A DNA stretch of 63,521 nucleotides, filler included, from Sphacelaria rigidula (GCA_964200075.2; 10 parts of 10 records of this genome joined end to end with filler, not necessarily neighbours in it), one strand, 5' to 3'. Shown: positions 25,350 to 38,937, counted from the first letter of the whole stretch. Numbers and translations are program-made. The notes: generated by a model not told the origin, from the sequence alone.

Positions 25350-25449
25350 NNNNNNNNNNNNNNNNNNNNNNNNNNNNNNNNNNNNNNNNNNNNTTAATTA
25401 ATTAANNNNNNNNNNNNNNNNNNNNNNNNNNNNNNNNNNNNNNNNNNNN
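25350..25449. other. Artificial scaffold-joining linker
   Basis: N44-TTAATTAATTAA-N44. Confidence 0.98.
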
Positions 25450-26410
25450 ATATTTCGTATAGGACTATTTTTGCCGACAACCCGATGTTTTTTCACGTGA
25501 CTGAAAAAATCCAGGATCCGGCCAAGAGAAAAAGTGGGAGTACGAAATATCGGACAAGCGTGCTGGAATCCTGGTGAAAAATAGAGCAAATCTTTCCGAA
25601 GAGGCCAAATCCGCCAAGGCCCGTATTCCGCCAATAATCCGTGGTGAAAGGTTCAAAAGAGCAGTTTTCAGACTTATTTTTTTCAGTCTATAAGAAGCGG
25701 CCTTACCATGCGGAAAAGTTAGATTTCCCCATGTGGGGGGAAATAAATCCATCCACATCTGTTATTATGACCGAACTTTCGTCATTTTTTTTTAATTCGG
25801 GAGCCCAGTTTTTTTCAATCTTAGACGGTTACGGGTTTATCCAAACATATAGTAGAGCCTGCACGTGTACCGTAGTGCAGGTAGAACTCGTATCCTCTGC
25901 ATCTGCATGCACTGCCATGTACGTGCATCTGCATGTAGTCTTGAACCTGACAGTCAAGACGGTGTAGAACTGAAGACATTGCCGACATCACCGCTGCCAA
26001 ATGCGAGCCTGTCTCCCGTTGTCGCGAACAGAGATTGACGGCAATACCTCGCATTATGATACAGTACTGTGTTCGCGAATGCAGCCTGCACTTGCAACCT
26101 TACTGCAATACTGTGCTTGCAGAGTACAGGCTATACTTGCAACCTTGCACTCCTGTACTTGCAGTGTACATCAGCACTACTATACTTTGCTTACAGAGTA
26201 CAGCCCGTAGTTGGAAATAGAGTAGAACGAGGTTACAAGCACCACCTGCACTTGTTCTGTGTTTGCCGAGTACAACCTGTTCTTGTAACCTCGTGCTATT
26301 AGCAAAATACACGGCCTGTACTTGTACCGTTGTATAGTGGTTACTTTATCTTCTAGGGTTTCGAAATCCATCGCAAACTTGAAGTGTGCACCGCTTCATG
26401 TATCGTGTAC

Positions 26411-26712
26411 TGTAACGTAATATGAAACGTGTCATGGAACGTGTAACGTCTGATGCATGTGTAACGTGTGTTAGACGTTACACGTTCCATGAAACGTTTC
26501 ATATTACGTGTTTTGAACGTTTGGGCAATTTAACGTTCACGTTACGTTTCATTTGGCACGTCAGAAAAATTCATCGTTACGTTAACGTTTCATGAACATA
26601 TAACGTTACGTTTACGCTACGTTCATCACGTGAAGAAAATTTAACGTTCACGTTACGTTTCGGCCAAAACGTAACGCGTAACGTTGTGGCACGTGTAACG
26701 TATAGACCTCTG
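26411..26712. repeat. ACGTTAC/AACGTT motif cluster with 37-bp-arm hairpin, ending in a CAGAGG-type terminus
   Basis: Hairpin arms 26415-26451 and 26473-26509 (1 mismatch). AATTTAACGTTCACGTTACGTTTC occurs at 26527 and 26638. The reverse complement of the end reads CAGAGGTCTATACGTTAC. Confidence 0.7.
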
Positions 26713-27009
26713 AAAGTTTTGAACCGGTGGTAACAAAATAACTTCCACGGACCAAAATCGTGACGATTTTGAACAAAATTGACCCCCAAATTTTTTGATA
26801 GGACTCTAAATTTTGGCCAGGCATTCAAAACTGGGAAACGATGAATGCTTGGGGACCCCTTCAAAATTTGGGGCAAAACTATATTATGGGATATGTCATG
26901 TTTTCCTCTACCACAACATAAACTCACGGCTGGCTCATGTGCTGCAGCTGTCACTGCACTGTGGTGTGTTTAGACCTTACGCTGTACCGTTGTCGTGTGT
27001 TTGGACCTA

Positions 27010-27559
27010 CAGTAGTGGGCGGTCTAACTATTCAGCGGGGTTTTGAGGTTTTCCTCGCGTACTACATTTCGATAGAACTCGAAATTGCTAGGGTCGGTAT
27101 ATTTTGGTACAATAAACAGATCATCCTCGAAACACGGTGCCCAAGTCAGTGCTAGTTGGTGTCATCGGGCGAAACGAGTATATACCCCGTTCATCAGGAG
27201 GGTGTTATTGACCGTGAACACACAGTTTTTCGGCTCTAGTGCAACAAGTAGGTAGACTTTCAAAAAAATAAAACTGCACAGTTTTTCAGAAATATGATCG
27301 GGACAGGCTCGATCGACCAAAAATACCGAAGAGTAAGAATCTGGGCTGAAACGTCGAAGGACCCCCGATGACCGGTCAGCCCGTAAGTCACTTAATACTG
27401 AGTACAAATAAGTTTTCTTCTTGGAATGTGGAGCGGGTACAGATATCTTCAGATCCCCAATGTGATAAGCGGTGGCAAGGAAGAAGAGCCCAAGAAAATC
27501 GCCAATTGCGAAGAAGTCACAAAATGCCTCAAAATGAATAGTTAGTCCGCCCACTACTG
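27010..27559. mobile_element. Tc1/mariner (pogo-like) MITE, 550 bp
   Basis: TIR CAGTAGTGGGCGGWCTAACTATTCA (1 mismatch); TA on both flanks. Confidence 0.88.
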
Positions 27560-28013
27560 TAGCGAATCTGTCTGGTTTCTTCTGGAATTACCTGAGCTGC
27601 TGCACTGCTCTTGTGTTCGGAACAACTATAGTCGGCATGCAGTGCTGTCTTATCAAAGTTGAAATGCAATATGTGTTTGTTGGATGTTGTGTCTTTCTCC
27701 ACGAACAAGGCCCTTGGTGCACAGACCCAGTATTTCTGTGCCGTAGCTGACACGGTAGTGTGGTGCGTTGGAACCCTGCACAGACGGTGCGATCTGCGCC
27801 GGGGATTTGAGTGAATTGCTGTACTGTTCGGGATGCAAATGGGGGGGGGGGGGGGTGGTTTCCGAAAGTTTCCCGGGTGGTGAAATGAGAGTTCGAAACG
27901 GTGGTTGGGTCCAGGTCGGTAGCCAAGNNNNNNNNNNGGCTGGGGGGTGGGGGTTGGGCGGGGCGGCAGGGGGGGGGGGGGCGGTGGGGGGTGTTTTTGG
28001 GGTTTTGTGGGGT

Positions 28014-28048
<35 letters not shown>

Positions 28049-29149
28049 GTCTCCGAAAGTTGTCCGGGCTGTTCAATAAGCATTCGCAACTGTTGTTGTG
28101 TCCCGGTCGGTATGCAAGTAAAGATACGGCTGAAACCGCCACCATCATCATGGTGTATTTATTGGATGCGCTCTGTCGTCTGTGAAACCAACAATGCGAT
28201 TCGTGCCCACACCTCTCATTTCTATGCTGTAGTTGTCATTGTCATAACTTTCATGCGTTTGAACCCTACGAACACGCTTTAATCTACACGCCAGAGATGG
28301 CCTGAGTTGCTCCACGGCGGCTGGTCAGGTCTGTACAGAGTTGGGGTGGGAACAAAATGCTATTGACACAAAGTCGGAAAAGTCACGTGATGGATGCGCA
28401 GCCGTTACGTGCTTACTCTTCGGGTGCTTTTGTACAGTGTTGTAAAGGTGCATATTCCCGAGGTCAAGCCAACTCCACAACTCCACGTATGTACAACTCC
28501 GATTTTTGTGCCATAAGATAGCTTTTTTTGTCGCCGTTCAAAATTGCGGCAGGCAAAAAACCTCGTCAGTTTTTCCAAAAATGTTTTTTTCAAACGGCTC
28601 TTACAAGGGTTGGTCTCAGGCCGCGTCTTACGTAGATCGATGAAAGAAGCGTGGATCGAAACAAGCGTCCAAAAGCATCATGTCGGCGAGTCGCCGCAAT
28701 GATAGACCCGCTCGGCGACCAGTCAACAAGCTGCTTTTAGACGTTTGTTGCGTTCTACACTTTTTTTTTGTCTCCACAAGGCATGGCATCACCAGGCATA
28801 CGTACCACGCGAAACGAAATTCTACTAAACGTATCACTAATGGAGGCGGTCCGTGCCTCTTCACCTCGCGTGGCATTTCTACATCCTGTTAATAGTGTCA
28901 ATTGTGCACCGCACACAAATGAAAAACAACGAGACACGCACTCCACTATCCCTAGATGATGACCTGAATAACAGTACCTTCCCCATTTTACTTCCCCATC
29001 CTTCACTTCTTACATTTTCCTTCTTCCTCATGTTTTCACCCTGTTGTTCAGCGCTTTGCTTCGCAAACTATACTGCTCACCATTGCCCCATATGAAAACC
29101 CGATCTCTGCCACCCTCCCATGGCTTCCCTTGTCGGGTTGAATGCCGCC

Positions 29150-31680
29150 TGCCAATGCATCGTCTGTGGGTGCCCGAAATATCGCACCTGTGTCCTCCAA
29201 AATAGCCCCAACGTACTCCGTGAAAGTGTCACTATCCCAAGAGCCTTCTCGCTGAATTACTGCCGGCGAAATGCCTGCCACCTGGGGACCAACGCCCAGA
29301 TGGTCATTGTGACTCGTGTACAGAGTCAAGCTGGGGGACATTGAAGGGGATTTGCTCGGTGCGGACGCCCTAGGTGTGGCGGAGGAGTTATTCTGTTATT
29401 CTAAGTCTCAAACTCCTTTGGCGGGGTGGCACCCCCGCCTTGGTACCAACTCGTACGCCGGACCATCATGATGAGAGTTCAACTTTCGGGTTGGGTTTGA
29501 AACGGTGGCGAGGCGGAGCGCACTTCGAAGCGCCGTACGAAGTAGCAATAGCGAAGTGCACGGTAAAGGTTCCTGCTTTTCTCCTGCGGACAAGAGGGAA
29601 AAAAAAATGCTTGCCGCCCGCAAGACGGATTGCGCCACCTACACGCCCCGCCCCGAATGGAGCGCATATTTGATGAGTTTGCACCGTGTTGCCGTACACT
29701 TGCGCGTAGTGCTCTTGTTGCTAGCTCATATGTCCACACCCAACACGTTGTCTGCAATGCGTGTGTTTCCAGCGGGCCGCTGCTGTCCAACTCTGAGTTT
29801 AGTCATATTAAAGAGATCAGTAGTACCGCTGCCCCGCAGCCCCGCGTGCGTAATGCTTGCCCGATATCTGATAACTGTCGCTGGATTGAGGTAAAAAACG
29901 GTTCCTACATAAGAGTGGCCGCTAGTCTTCTTTGGTCGCCTTTGTGCGCCTCGAAGCGTAGTTTCATGCGGTCGGCTGTTTTGCATTCTGAGTGTTTGTG
30001 CAACTGTATGCCATCCCTCTTGAACGCAACGTTCCCGCTTGTGACGCCGATATCCTCGGGGATCCTGCCCTCACCGCACGCAAATAGTTATGATGTCCGA
30101 CATGAAAAGTACTATGAAATGCATAAGTGATGGCCATAGCACATCGCCTCCATCGTCCCATGAGGAAATGAATCTGTGTGCCTCCGCCTCAGCATGACCC
30201 GCCTTAGAGGACGTCGAACGCGTGCACCGTCCCCTTTCGTCGCACGTTCTCTGCTTAAGGCTGCCTTGACTGCCCGTAAATAGTAGTATGTCAAAGGTGG
30301 CTCAATATCCACTAGTTTGTGGAAATATTGTACCGCCGACAAACAATTGTACCAATTGCCGTGGGTAGCGTATTGCCCCTGGAGAAGAACGTTTACACTA
30401 CGAATTTTCCCAGCTCACGTGCCACTGCGTCTTTTCCTTCAGCTGGATCTAGATATATTTCTCTGCTGACGCCCCCTCGTCTAGATTGTTCACATAATTT
30501 CCCACCCCCTCTGTAAGTGGCCTGGCCATAGTCAATGCTGCGCGTCCCGACGCGTGTGCGAACGTCCGCAAGACTTCGGAACGAATTGTCATACCTTGCT
30601 CGCCCCAACTCGCCTTCTACCATGATGTAGACGGGCGTATGGCGTACAATTTGGACGGAATTTCGCTACGCTGCCAGCGATATATTCGGTTGGCGATAGT
30701 GTTGGCGGTACCTGCGACGTGGTGTACCTCGTGACCCCAACCGCCCCTCACATCGATTACCCCAAGTGGGCGCATCAAAGTCATCGCTCGTGGATCTCGG
30801 GCACCCCAACAACGGTTGACGCAGGCGACCGTGACTGCACTATCCCCATTAAAAAATATACCGAATCGTCTGCTGCTGTGGCCCAGTCACCCCTGACTAT
30901 GGTCATGATCCTATCTGCCACTACCATTTCCCAAAAATTCCAGTAAATTAGTTCGAATCTGCGCTATGTTGGGTGCGTTGCCGGTTTACTTACGTGCGCG
31001 AATACTCGTCGGGTGCTAGGTCATACCGCCACTAATTGGCAAGCTCAGCACAGTACCCGCCTGTAGCCCGCAGCGATGTGTCCTATTTCCCGCGCCTTGT
31101 TTTTAGTCCGCAGATCTGGTGGAATTCTGGTGATAATTTCACCCGCTGTCCATCGTGTTTTATTGGCACGTCGTGGCCCTCGTGCTTCCTCCTGTCTGTG
31201 CCAGAAATGGCCAAAGTCCTTCAAACAAAGTATGTCCCCGGTCTAACAGCCGCTGCAATGCGCCGTAGTTTGACAGCTGCTGCAACGTGCCGTAATTTCC
31301 CTAGTATGCTCCACACTTGCCTTGCTGATGCTACCCTCCTGCGTTCCGGCCGCTTGTCCAGAAAAATATGAATCTCGTCCACCAATTTGTCCGGAATTGA
31401 AATACGCGTTGTCTGCGTGTCTATTGTGAAGCCTGACACCTCTTGCACTATCGCCCAGCCTGAGAGTTTGTTAGGCGATGCAGCGGGGACCTAAAGACCT
31501 CGTCGATACCCTAGCATGTGCAGGTGATCTGAAATCGGCGGCTGCATGGCTCGCCGCAGTCTCGAGTTACTGCAGTTGAGGAAAGCCTCCGCTGAAAAAG
31601 TGCCGTCCACGTACGTCTAGCAAAGGAGCGGATCTTCCTGGTCTACCCCCAGTATTGGGGATATATTGGCCTTCGAGGCG
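29150..31680 (-). mobile_element. Decayed DIRS/Ngaro-type tyrosine-recombinase retrotransposon (RT, RNase H, YR)
   Basis: Minus strand, in order. RT: 'YVDG' (degenerate YVDD, about 31600) and 'QEVSGFTIDTQ...SILGKLRHVAAAV..RPGTYFV'. RNase H: 'TGGYCAELAN*WRYDL', 'NLLEFLG', 'VNRCWGARDPRA'. Tyrosine recombinase: 'AVQYFHKL...RVRRPL', 'YFSCRTS*LFA', 'ADRMKLRFEAHKGDQRRL', 'IQREGSWDSDTFTEYV'. Many stops and frameshifts. Confidence 0.88.
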
Positions 31681-31711
31681 GGGGGGGGGTGTACTCATGA
31701 TCATGCATGCC
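31681..31711. repeat. Dispersed repeat end, (G)n-TGTACTCATGATCATGCATGCC
   Basis: Related copies at about 60826-60856 (reverse), 62762-62790 and 63475-63508, on a different scaffold. Confidence 0.7.
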
Positions 31712-31811
31712 NNNNNNNNNNNNNNNNNNNNNNNNNNNNNNNNNNNNNNNNNNNNTTAATTAATTAANNNNNNNNNNNNNNNNNNNNNNNNNNNNNNNNN
31801 NNNNNNNNNNN
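31712..31811. other. Artificial scaffold-joining linker
   Basis: N44-TTAATTAATTAA-N44. Confidence 0.98.
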
Positions 31812-31987
31812 GGGGGGGGGCGGGGGGGGGGTTGAGATTGGGGGCAATTTCTAACGGGCAGATTTTTGTGCAGATCTCAAAAGTCAAACCTCTTAAAGTG
31901 TAGAGCTTAATTAACTTGTACACGCCAAAGAGCCCGAGGGAGACAAATGCCAATGGCAACTGTCTATTACTAGCGGCAAAAAAGCCG

Positions 31988-32497
31988 GTCGGCCCAGTGG
32001 CTTAATTGGTAAAGTTAGGGCCTCTTAGAGATTAGGCCCTGGGTTCAAATCTCGGAACGACTCGAGTTTTTTTCTCACACCTCCCAACAACCGTGGAGAG
32101 CGACGATGTCGTGGGTACACAAAAGTCGACTAAACGGTGGACGAGGAAAAGGGACCACGAGGTACTGAACTCCTCTTCCCACATTAAAAAAGGAAGGCAA
32201 TCACCGCGGAAGGAAGGAGGAGTGTGGTGGAGTACTAAAAACAAACAAAAGAGAAAAAAAACTCCTGTTGTTGTTGACAATCCTTCTCTGTGACCCTGGC
32301 TGGTGAGCCCACATAATATATCGAGAAAAGATGTAGGCCGGCGCCCAGAATAGATAGAACGACAACATACACACACACACAAACACAGACACACACGCAC
32401 GCACGCACGCACGCACGCACGCACACCCTGGCTGGTGAGCCCACATAATATATCGAAAAAAGATGCAGGCCGGCGCCCAGAATAGATAGAACGACAA

Positions 32498-32528
<31 letters not shown>

Positions 32529-32532
32529 GCGC

Positions 32533-32569
<37 letters not shown>

Positions 32570-32570
32570 C
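31988..32570 (+). mobile_element. tRNA-derived SINE, family 2, with duplicated 3' module and (CA)n/(CACG)n tails
   Basis: Box A TGGCTTAATTGG (31998-32009), box B GGTTCAAATC (32042-32051). The 3' module CCCTGGCTGGTGAGCCCACATAAT...GAACGACAAC occurs at about 32294 and 32426, each followed by a microsatellite tail. Confidence 0.75.
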
Positions 32571-35500
32571 GACAACCTGTCCACTGGGCTGTGCTCACCC
32601 AGAACAACAACCCATCAATGATGTGAGTACCGCGGTGAAAGACTTGGTGCTTGTCTTGGGGAAAAAAATAAACGTTGATCAACGACAATAAAGCTTCCGT
32701 CGTGGGCGAGTCTGTTTGTTGTAATGTCTATATATGCAGCTGTAGAAAATGCCACACAACATCCAATACAAGTTCATCTGTGCCCTCTAAAATCCACTAC
32801 TCATTATTGAGTGGTTTAGGCCAGAGGAGTGACGAGCGGGGGAGGGGTGTTGTCTCCCGTCATGCCTGCAACATGCTGCCCGAAATGCTTTGGCAACTCT
32901 ACACAAAGGTTGTGACATATATACTGTATGTAAATCATAACCTTTGTCCCTACACGCTTCCTCACCTAAGCCGACACATGAACATGGCATTGTTCACGTG
33001 TAACTCACATGCTGCGAAGTTCGCGGTGGCTACAGTACAGTCCTCGCAGGACTATCTCTAAGCACAGTCAGTGGCTCTACCTGTAGACGAACATGCAGTT
33101 ACGTTCAGTACCGTACCGTGAAGCAGTGATATACGAGGGGCTCACGATTCTCTTCACGATGCTGTGATACACTTCTTCCAGCACGGTACAGTCCAGAATA
33201 CTACAGCTAGTCAGGGTCTGGTACATACGAGATACAACACTACAGGCAGTACAGTGGTGCTGTATGCTATGTTTTTACAGCGCCGCACCAACCGACGCCA
33301 ACCCGATCGGGGGAATGTTTCACCGCCTGTAGTACCGCGGGTATGCACTACATAGCGGGGAGAATGTGATTGAGTATCGTACGGAAACGGCTCGCTTCAA
33401 ACGATATGACATACAGACCAGGCCTGTATGTCGTACCCTTTGGCTCGCTTGTTTCTGCTATCGCTGCTATCGCTGCTATCTCGAAATCCCGCCGGTTTCG
33501 TAATGTATGGTGTGGTCACACCCGAACCAGCGAAATAAGACATTCTTCAATGGATTTTCGTAGACGTCGGAGGCACATTGTCATCGGTATGACCGCGTTG
33601 CGTTGGCCGCAGGTGTAGATAAAGGAATGTGAAAGGCTACACAAGCATGTGCAGCACAACAGATACAACAAGGATGACACCTCGGAAATATGTTGCGACC
33701 TTCCAGAATCCCTACAATCTACAGTGGTGAAGACTCGGCACACCGAGAAGCCAGCAGAACAACAAGTAGTACATAAGAGAGCGACTGCAGTCAGGAACAA
33801 CATGTGGCCAGTTGTGGCGGCATTGCATTTCAAGTGTAAAGTGAATTAGGAAGTGTTTCAGCACGAACAAATAAATAATATGTCGATGACAGATGGGATT
33901 CTCATCAACCCTTGGACCACGAGGATCGTCTTGAAATCGTTCTTCCTTCCGAGTAACAAACGTGTTGCCGACTCAACATTTGGCCCGTTTTACGGGCCAG
34001 AGGGTTGAAGCCTTGGGAATCTGTTTGTAACACTCTGCTTTTACTAGACATCTCGACGCATCGAGCGAGCACGGCGAGTGCAGAGGATACATTAGAAAGG
34101 TGCTTGGGTGCCGCGGTCAGTGTGGGGCTAGTAATAGAATGGTCAGTGTGGCAGTGGTCTCTCCATCATGTTATGGGCGTCGAGTTCGATTGTTTTGCAC
34201 ATCCGGTATATTTACAATCTGGTGGGATAGATGCATCCGTCGCTCGCTTCGCCCGCTCCGGTTTCACTCCCCCCACCTTGTTGCTTGATACCAACTGTAC
34301 TGTACGAACTATCTAATCTGGCCGGCTCGCGCCTTTGATTCTACGAGTTCTAGACCGGGAAACACATCGAGTAAAAATGTCATGCTGTATCGTCAAATAT
34401 GCACCTGGCGCCCTACACTGCAATTTCAAACCCAGCGCACGCCAGATTGTCGCCCTCGGTGGTACCGGCAGATGCCTCTTTGCGGTCGAAATATGGACCA
34501 CAAACTCTACGCCCATGTTTTCGTGCCCTTACTACGTACCGCACTGTAGTGCAACCTAGCATGAGGCCAATCTGCGTTTTCATTCCTCTATCCCGAAACG
34601 GTCCAAGTCTGTGTCTTCGTTGCCCCATTTCTTGTCAATCGATGCCAGAGCCGCCTGACACCCACCCATCTAGGGCAGCGACATCATCTGAGAGTTTCGC
34701 TGCAGCGGAGCCCGGGGTGACTTACCGCGAAGCACTCGCACGTAACGTGGTGATCACGCTGTGCACTTTGTCCCCTGCGTCAGAAGCTCGTGTCAACTGC
34801 ACCTCGTGTAGGTCGCGGTTTTGCATAGTGTTTGGCGAGCTGCGGAGTCTCCTCCCGAGCCTGTGGCTGGAGGATAAGGCCGCGGCCGGGAACGTGCTGG
34901 TGGACATCTGGCGAGCATCTCCGGTACGTTTCGGACCTGGAGTTGTATTCGATAATGTTGCCGATTGCATTCTAGGCTTTTGCTACTCTCAAAGAGAGAG
35001 CGCAAACGTGCTTCGCGTTGATTATGTTCACCACTTGTAATTTGCCGACACGTAAATGTACCACATTTAGTGTCGAGTGTGGATGGAGAAGGCGGCAACC
35101 CCAAATTAACGGTCGATTTGTGAGGGGCGCACACTCACCAGTACGCTAACGCAGAGAGACACGTTGACAGATCTAGCCGTTGTTACGTGACCAAGTCGAC
35201 TTTCAAGAATGCCTACTCTGCAAACGAAAAATCGAGTATACCTGTAGCAGTACTGCGAATCACGCGAGGTGATGTAGCTGAAGGGGCGGGGGCGTGGGGT
35301 GGGCGCGGGGTATTGCTCTAGGTCGATGATATTTTCATGTTTTCGAGTATAATAGTACTCGATACACACACACATATATATATATATATATATGCTCCCC
35401 AGGAAACGAATGCCACGTTAGAGTTATCAAGCGCCCCCTACCCCTTCCACTTGCATCGCCGCTTCGCGCCATCATTGGCTGCCCGCTAACCCAAGAGAGC

Positions 35501-36079
35501 AGGACATGTTAGTGCCCATTAGAAGAGAAGAAAAGCGCAAGAAGGCGCTGCTTGATTCCATTATGCAAGGGGCTGCACGTGTTGCCGTGACCCATGGGTA
35601 TCCATGAACGTGAGGTGCTCACGAACAAGCAGAGGTACCCCTAGATTCTCACGATTGCCCATGGGCTGTTGGCGCCACAATCCGTTCACTTCTCTATGTC
35701 GTTCTAAGGTTGCAACAAAATGTTTCACGGTTAGGACAAATCATCACGACTCAGAATCACCAAATTCACGATTTCTTCGGCTTGATTGCCCGAAAGGGAG
35801 AAAAAAGGTAATCGCTGGTCCGAGGGGTATCCACACAACTTTTGCGCCATTCCACGTGTCTGGGCTTCGTGTACCTGGGTTGCAACGCTGAAATAAATAC
35901 TAGGGATTGATTCGTCACGAGTCGACTCATCATGCTAAAACCAAGTCATTTTCAGACGAATCATTATTTGTCCGACCCTTGAAATGTTTGTCGTGATGGA
36001 AAGGTTAAAAAAAAAAGTTAGAGAGATTGTGTTGGGATTTTCCCCATGAGTAAGGCCACTTCTTAAGTTGTGTCGAAAC

Positions 36080-36462
36080 CAAATCTTGTTGAAAACTGCC
36101 TTTTTGGTCCTCTTGCGTCGTGTTACGCCCTGCTGAAAGACGGCTAGGAGGACTTCGACACCTTGAAATGACTCGCCCTGCTTGTTGACACCATTGCAGA
36201 GCATATTTGCATTTATTTTCCGGTGGTCTTAGCTTCTTGTTTTCGCCAAATTTTCATTTTCTCAAGAGAGGGCTAGGCGGGTGTTGACATTTTGAAATGA
36301 CTTGCTCTTGTCGGTGAGACCGTTCCAGAACACCTGCCTTTGCGTTTTCCGGTGGCCGTACCTTTTTTTCTTCTTCCAAACTCTCCACATCCGCGTAGCC
36401 CTCCTTCAGGGCGTAAAACGACGACGCAGGAGGACCAAAAATGCAGTTTCCAAGAAGATGTT
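36080..36462. mobile_element. Foldback/MITE-like repeat, same family as 45369-45779
   Basis: Ends GAAAACTGCCTTTTTGGTCC...TTACGCCC and GGGCGTAA...GGACCAAAAATGCAGTTTCC; internal part homologous to 45420-45505. Confidence 0.65.
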
Positions 36463-38073
36463 TTTCCAGATATTAGAAATCGCCTTGAATAAAAAAAGCG
36501 ATGCCCATTTCCCACCAAATCGTGCTTGGAATGAGTAAAAAAAGCCATGCCCATTTCCCACCAAATCGTCTTTGAAACGTCCTTGACTAATGGAAATAAA
36601 ACTCAAAATCTCGGTCTCACTTTTTGTATCACTACCCTGCGATTCTCAATTCCAGATTTAACGCATGAACTACTTAACCCACGCAATATCCTCAATTTAG
36701 TATAGGATGTTACTCGCGCTATATATCTCAGTAAATGACTCGTTAGCTTAAGGTGGCGGCATCATTTGTTTCCCCGTAACCCAAAGACTGTTCACACCAA
36801 AAAAAGGCGCAATCCGTTTTGTACAGTTTCGGGGATTCGCATAAACTTTGGAATGGACATATCTCCGTACGTGATGGGATTTGCTCGGCATGCAGTTTCA
36901 TCAGCAAGAAAGCACCTGGCCAGACTGTTGAGTGGATTGGTTTGATGAGCTTACGCTGTACTTATGATCACTAGCCAAGTGCGCCCGTGAAAATTACAGA
37001 TCAGTTCACTTACTACACCTCACACCTCAACAGCGACAATATGTTAAACCGCCGGGGTGCTACGAGTGTCCTTTCGTTACAATGTCTTTCATGCTCACGC
37101 GAAAGGCACGAGTGGGTTTGATATCTTCTTGATCAACAGGATTAATATCCTCTCTTATCCCGTATCGCTCGTTACATGCTCTTTCCCTCGTCTCACCGGG
37201 CTGAGTGGCCTCCAGAAAATGCCCCGCGTGAAAGTAGAAGCTTTAACTGATACGATACGGCAGAGCATATATCACAGTCGCCTACTGATTAAACATGTTT
37301 GGGCCTGCAAATCCTACAAAAATATCCAAGCGCCAATTGCCACGTCTCCGGGTCTGCGAAGTCATGGCGAAAAACGCTTCTCAGCCTCATGACATTGGCA
37401 TCTTCTGCCCCTTAATAAATCGAGCAACAAGATGTGGAGATCACGGTCCAGTCCGTCTGCCTTGATGAGATGTGGTTGCGATAGTTTGAATCCGTTTTAG
37501 GCTGCCTCACCTTGTAGCAGCATGGCAGATCTTGTTGAACTTGTGAGCACTTGCCCCCACGTGATTTGAATTAGCGATATCTCAAGCCAGCACTGACGAG
37601 CACAATTCACAATTGTTTCTGTACTGTATATAGCGGGACCCAAATATGCGATCCCCGCGAGTAGGAATGCTCTCGATGTGTCGTAACGATAAAGTTTCGG
37701 CAACGTGCTTTTTTGTTAGCGTAACGTTTTCTAGCATATCTTTTGCCAGAGTATGTGTGTCATGAATAAGGTTGACACTTTCGAAAAAATTCATTTGCAC
37801 CACTATCATTTAAGAGCCTGGATCCGTTTTTGAGGTTCAACATTTTAACGAGTTTCAACTCGAAAACAGTGCTTTCCCTGACCTAAAGTCATGACCAATG
37901 AATTTCACATGGACAACCTCATGCCCCTCGACCTCCTTGAAACTATTCCCGGGGGTTGCCCGTCTCCAGTGCCCCCCAAGTGTATATGCGAAAGCACCCA
38001 ATTCGGGCAAAAACATCCCCTTTTTCGCCCCGGTATCGAGGCAAAGAGGTGCTTTCGCACATACGCTTTGGGG

Positions 38074-38173
38074 NNNNNNNNNNNNNNNNNNNNNNNNNNN
38101 NNNNNNNNNNNNNNNNNTTAATTAATTAANNNNNNNNNNNNNNNNNNNNNNNNNNNNNNNNNNNNNNNNNNNN
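38074..38173. other. Artificial scaffold-joining linker
   Basis: N44-TTAATTAATTAA-N44. Confidence 0.98.
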
Positions 38174-38906
38174 ACAAGAAGAGCATCAGTTCTGAAAAGG
38201 GTGACGCTGGAACGATCTCGTTGATAGCTGTCCGAAAACGCGTCGTTTGGTTTTGGCACCCTTTTCATTATGGAGTAATCGAGCTTTGAAAATCGGTCCA
38301 GGGGGTGTGCGATGACTCGCATCCTTACGGTATTTCACAATAGTCGACACAGTGACGGAGGGCTGATAGTCATGATCCAATCCGCGATACCAAAGCGTGA
38401 GGCGAGTACAGGGGAAGAGATGGGCTGATGTTTGAGACGATTGGACCACCGCGGGCATCGACAACGGATTAGTCCCAAGGAAGAGGGGAGAGTTGAAAGT
38501 GCGATGGGAAACGGAAAACGACAGATCAGGTCGATTTTGGGGCCAGATGTACATCCCGATATGATCTTGTGGCGATGGCATTGAACCCTCATCATAATCC
38601 ACTTATTTCATGTTACCTTTGTGGGGGGTGCAGTGAGAGGGGCTTTACAATGCCGTGATACTGTCATAATGCCCTCACGCACGGATCACCGCCCTGCCGT
38701 GTCGATACCATGATGGCGTTGCGCTAGGAGAGTTGTGTAACCTTTGCATGAATGTGTTAACATGCTCGTGTATTGCGTGTATGGGGTGGACTTCTTACGG
38801 TAGTGTCATACCGGTAACGTGACGAATCATGGCACACGTTTGCCACACTGGGATTACGTTTCTTTCGTGGCGGCACTATCGTGCCATGGTGTTATCACGG
38901 AGGACG

Positions 38907-38908
<2 letters not shown>

Positions 38909-38937
<29 letters not shown>

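Noticed and set aside
27529..28282. Pro/Gly-rich ORFs
   Set aside because: Arise from poly-G runs and an N gap; low-quality sequence. Likewise 50720-50797 and 62340-62520.
31988..32061. Functional tRNA gene
   Set aside because: Acceptor and anticodon arms do not form a canonical cloverleaf, and it runs into a SINE-like body and tail; the same applies to 18836 and 48896.
34399..35040. 213-aa ORF
   Set aside because: No recognisable motif or convincing splice structure on either strand; left unannotated.
37497..37703. 'FLLAGIAYLGP' resembling a dynein heavy-chain stalk motif
   Set aside because: Similarity does not extend and no matching exon boundaries were found.
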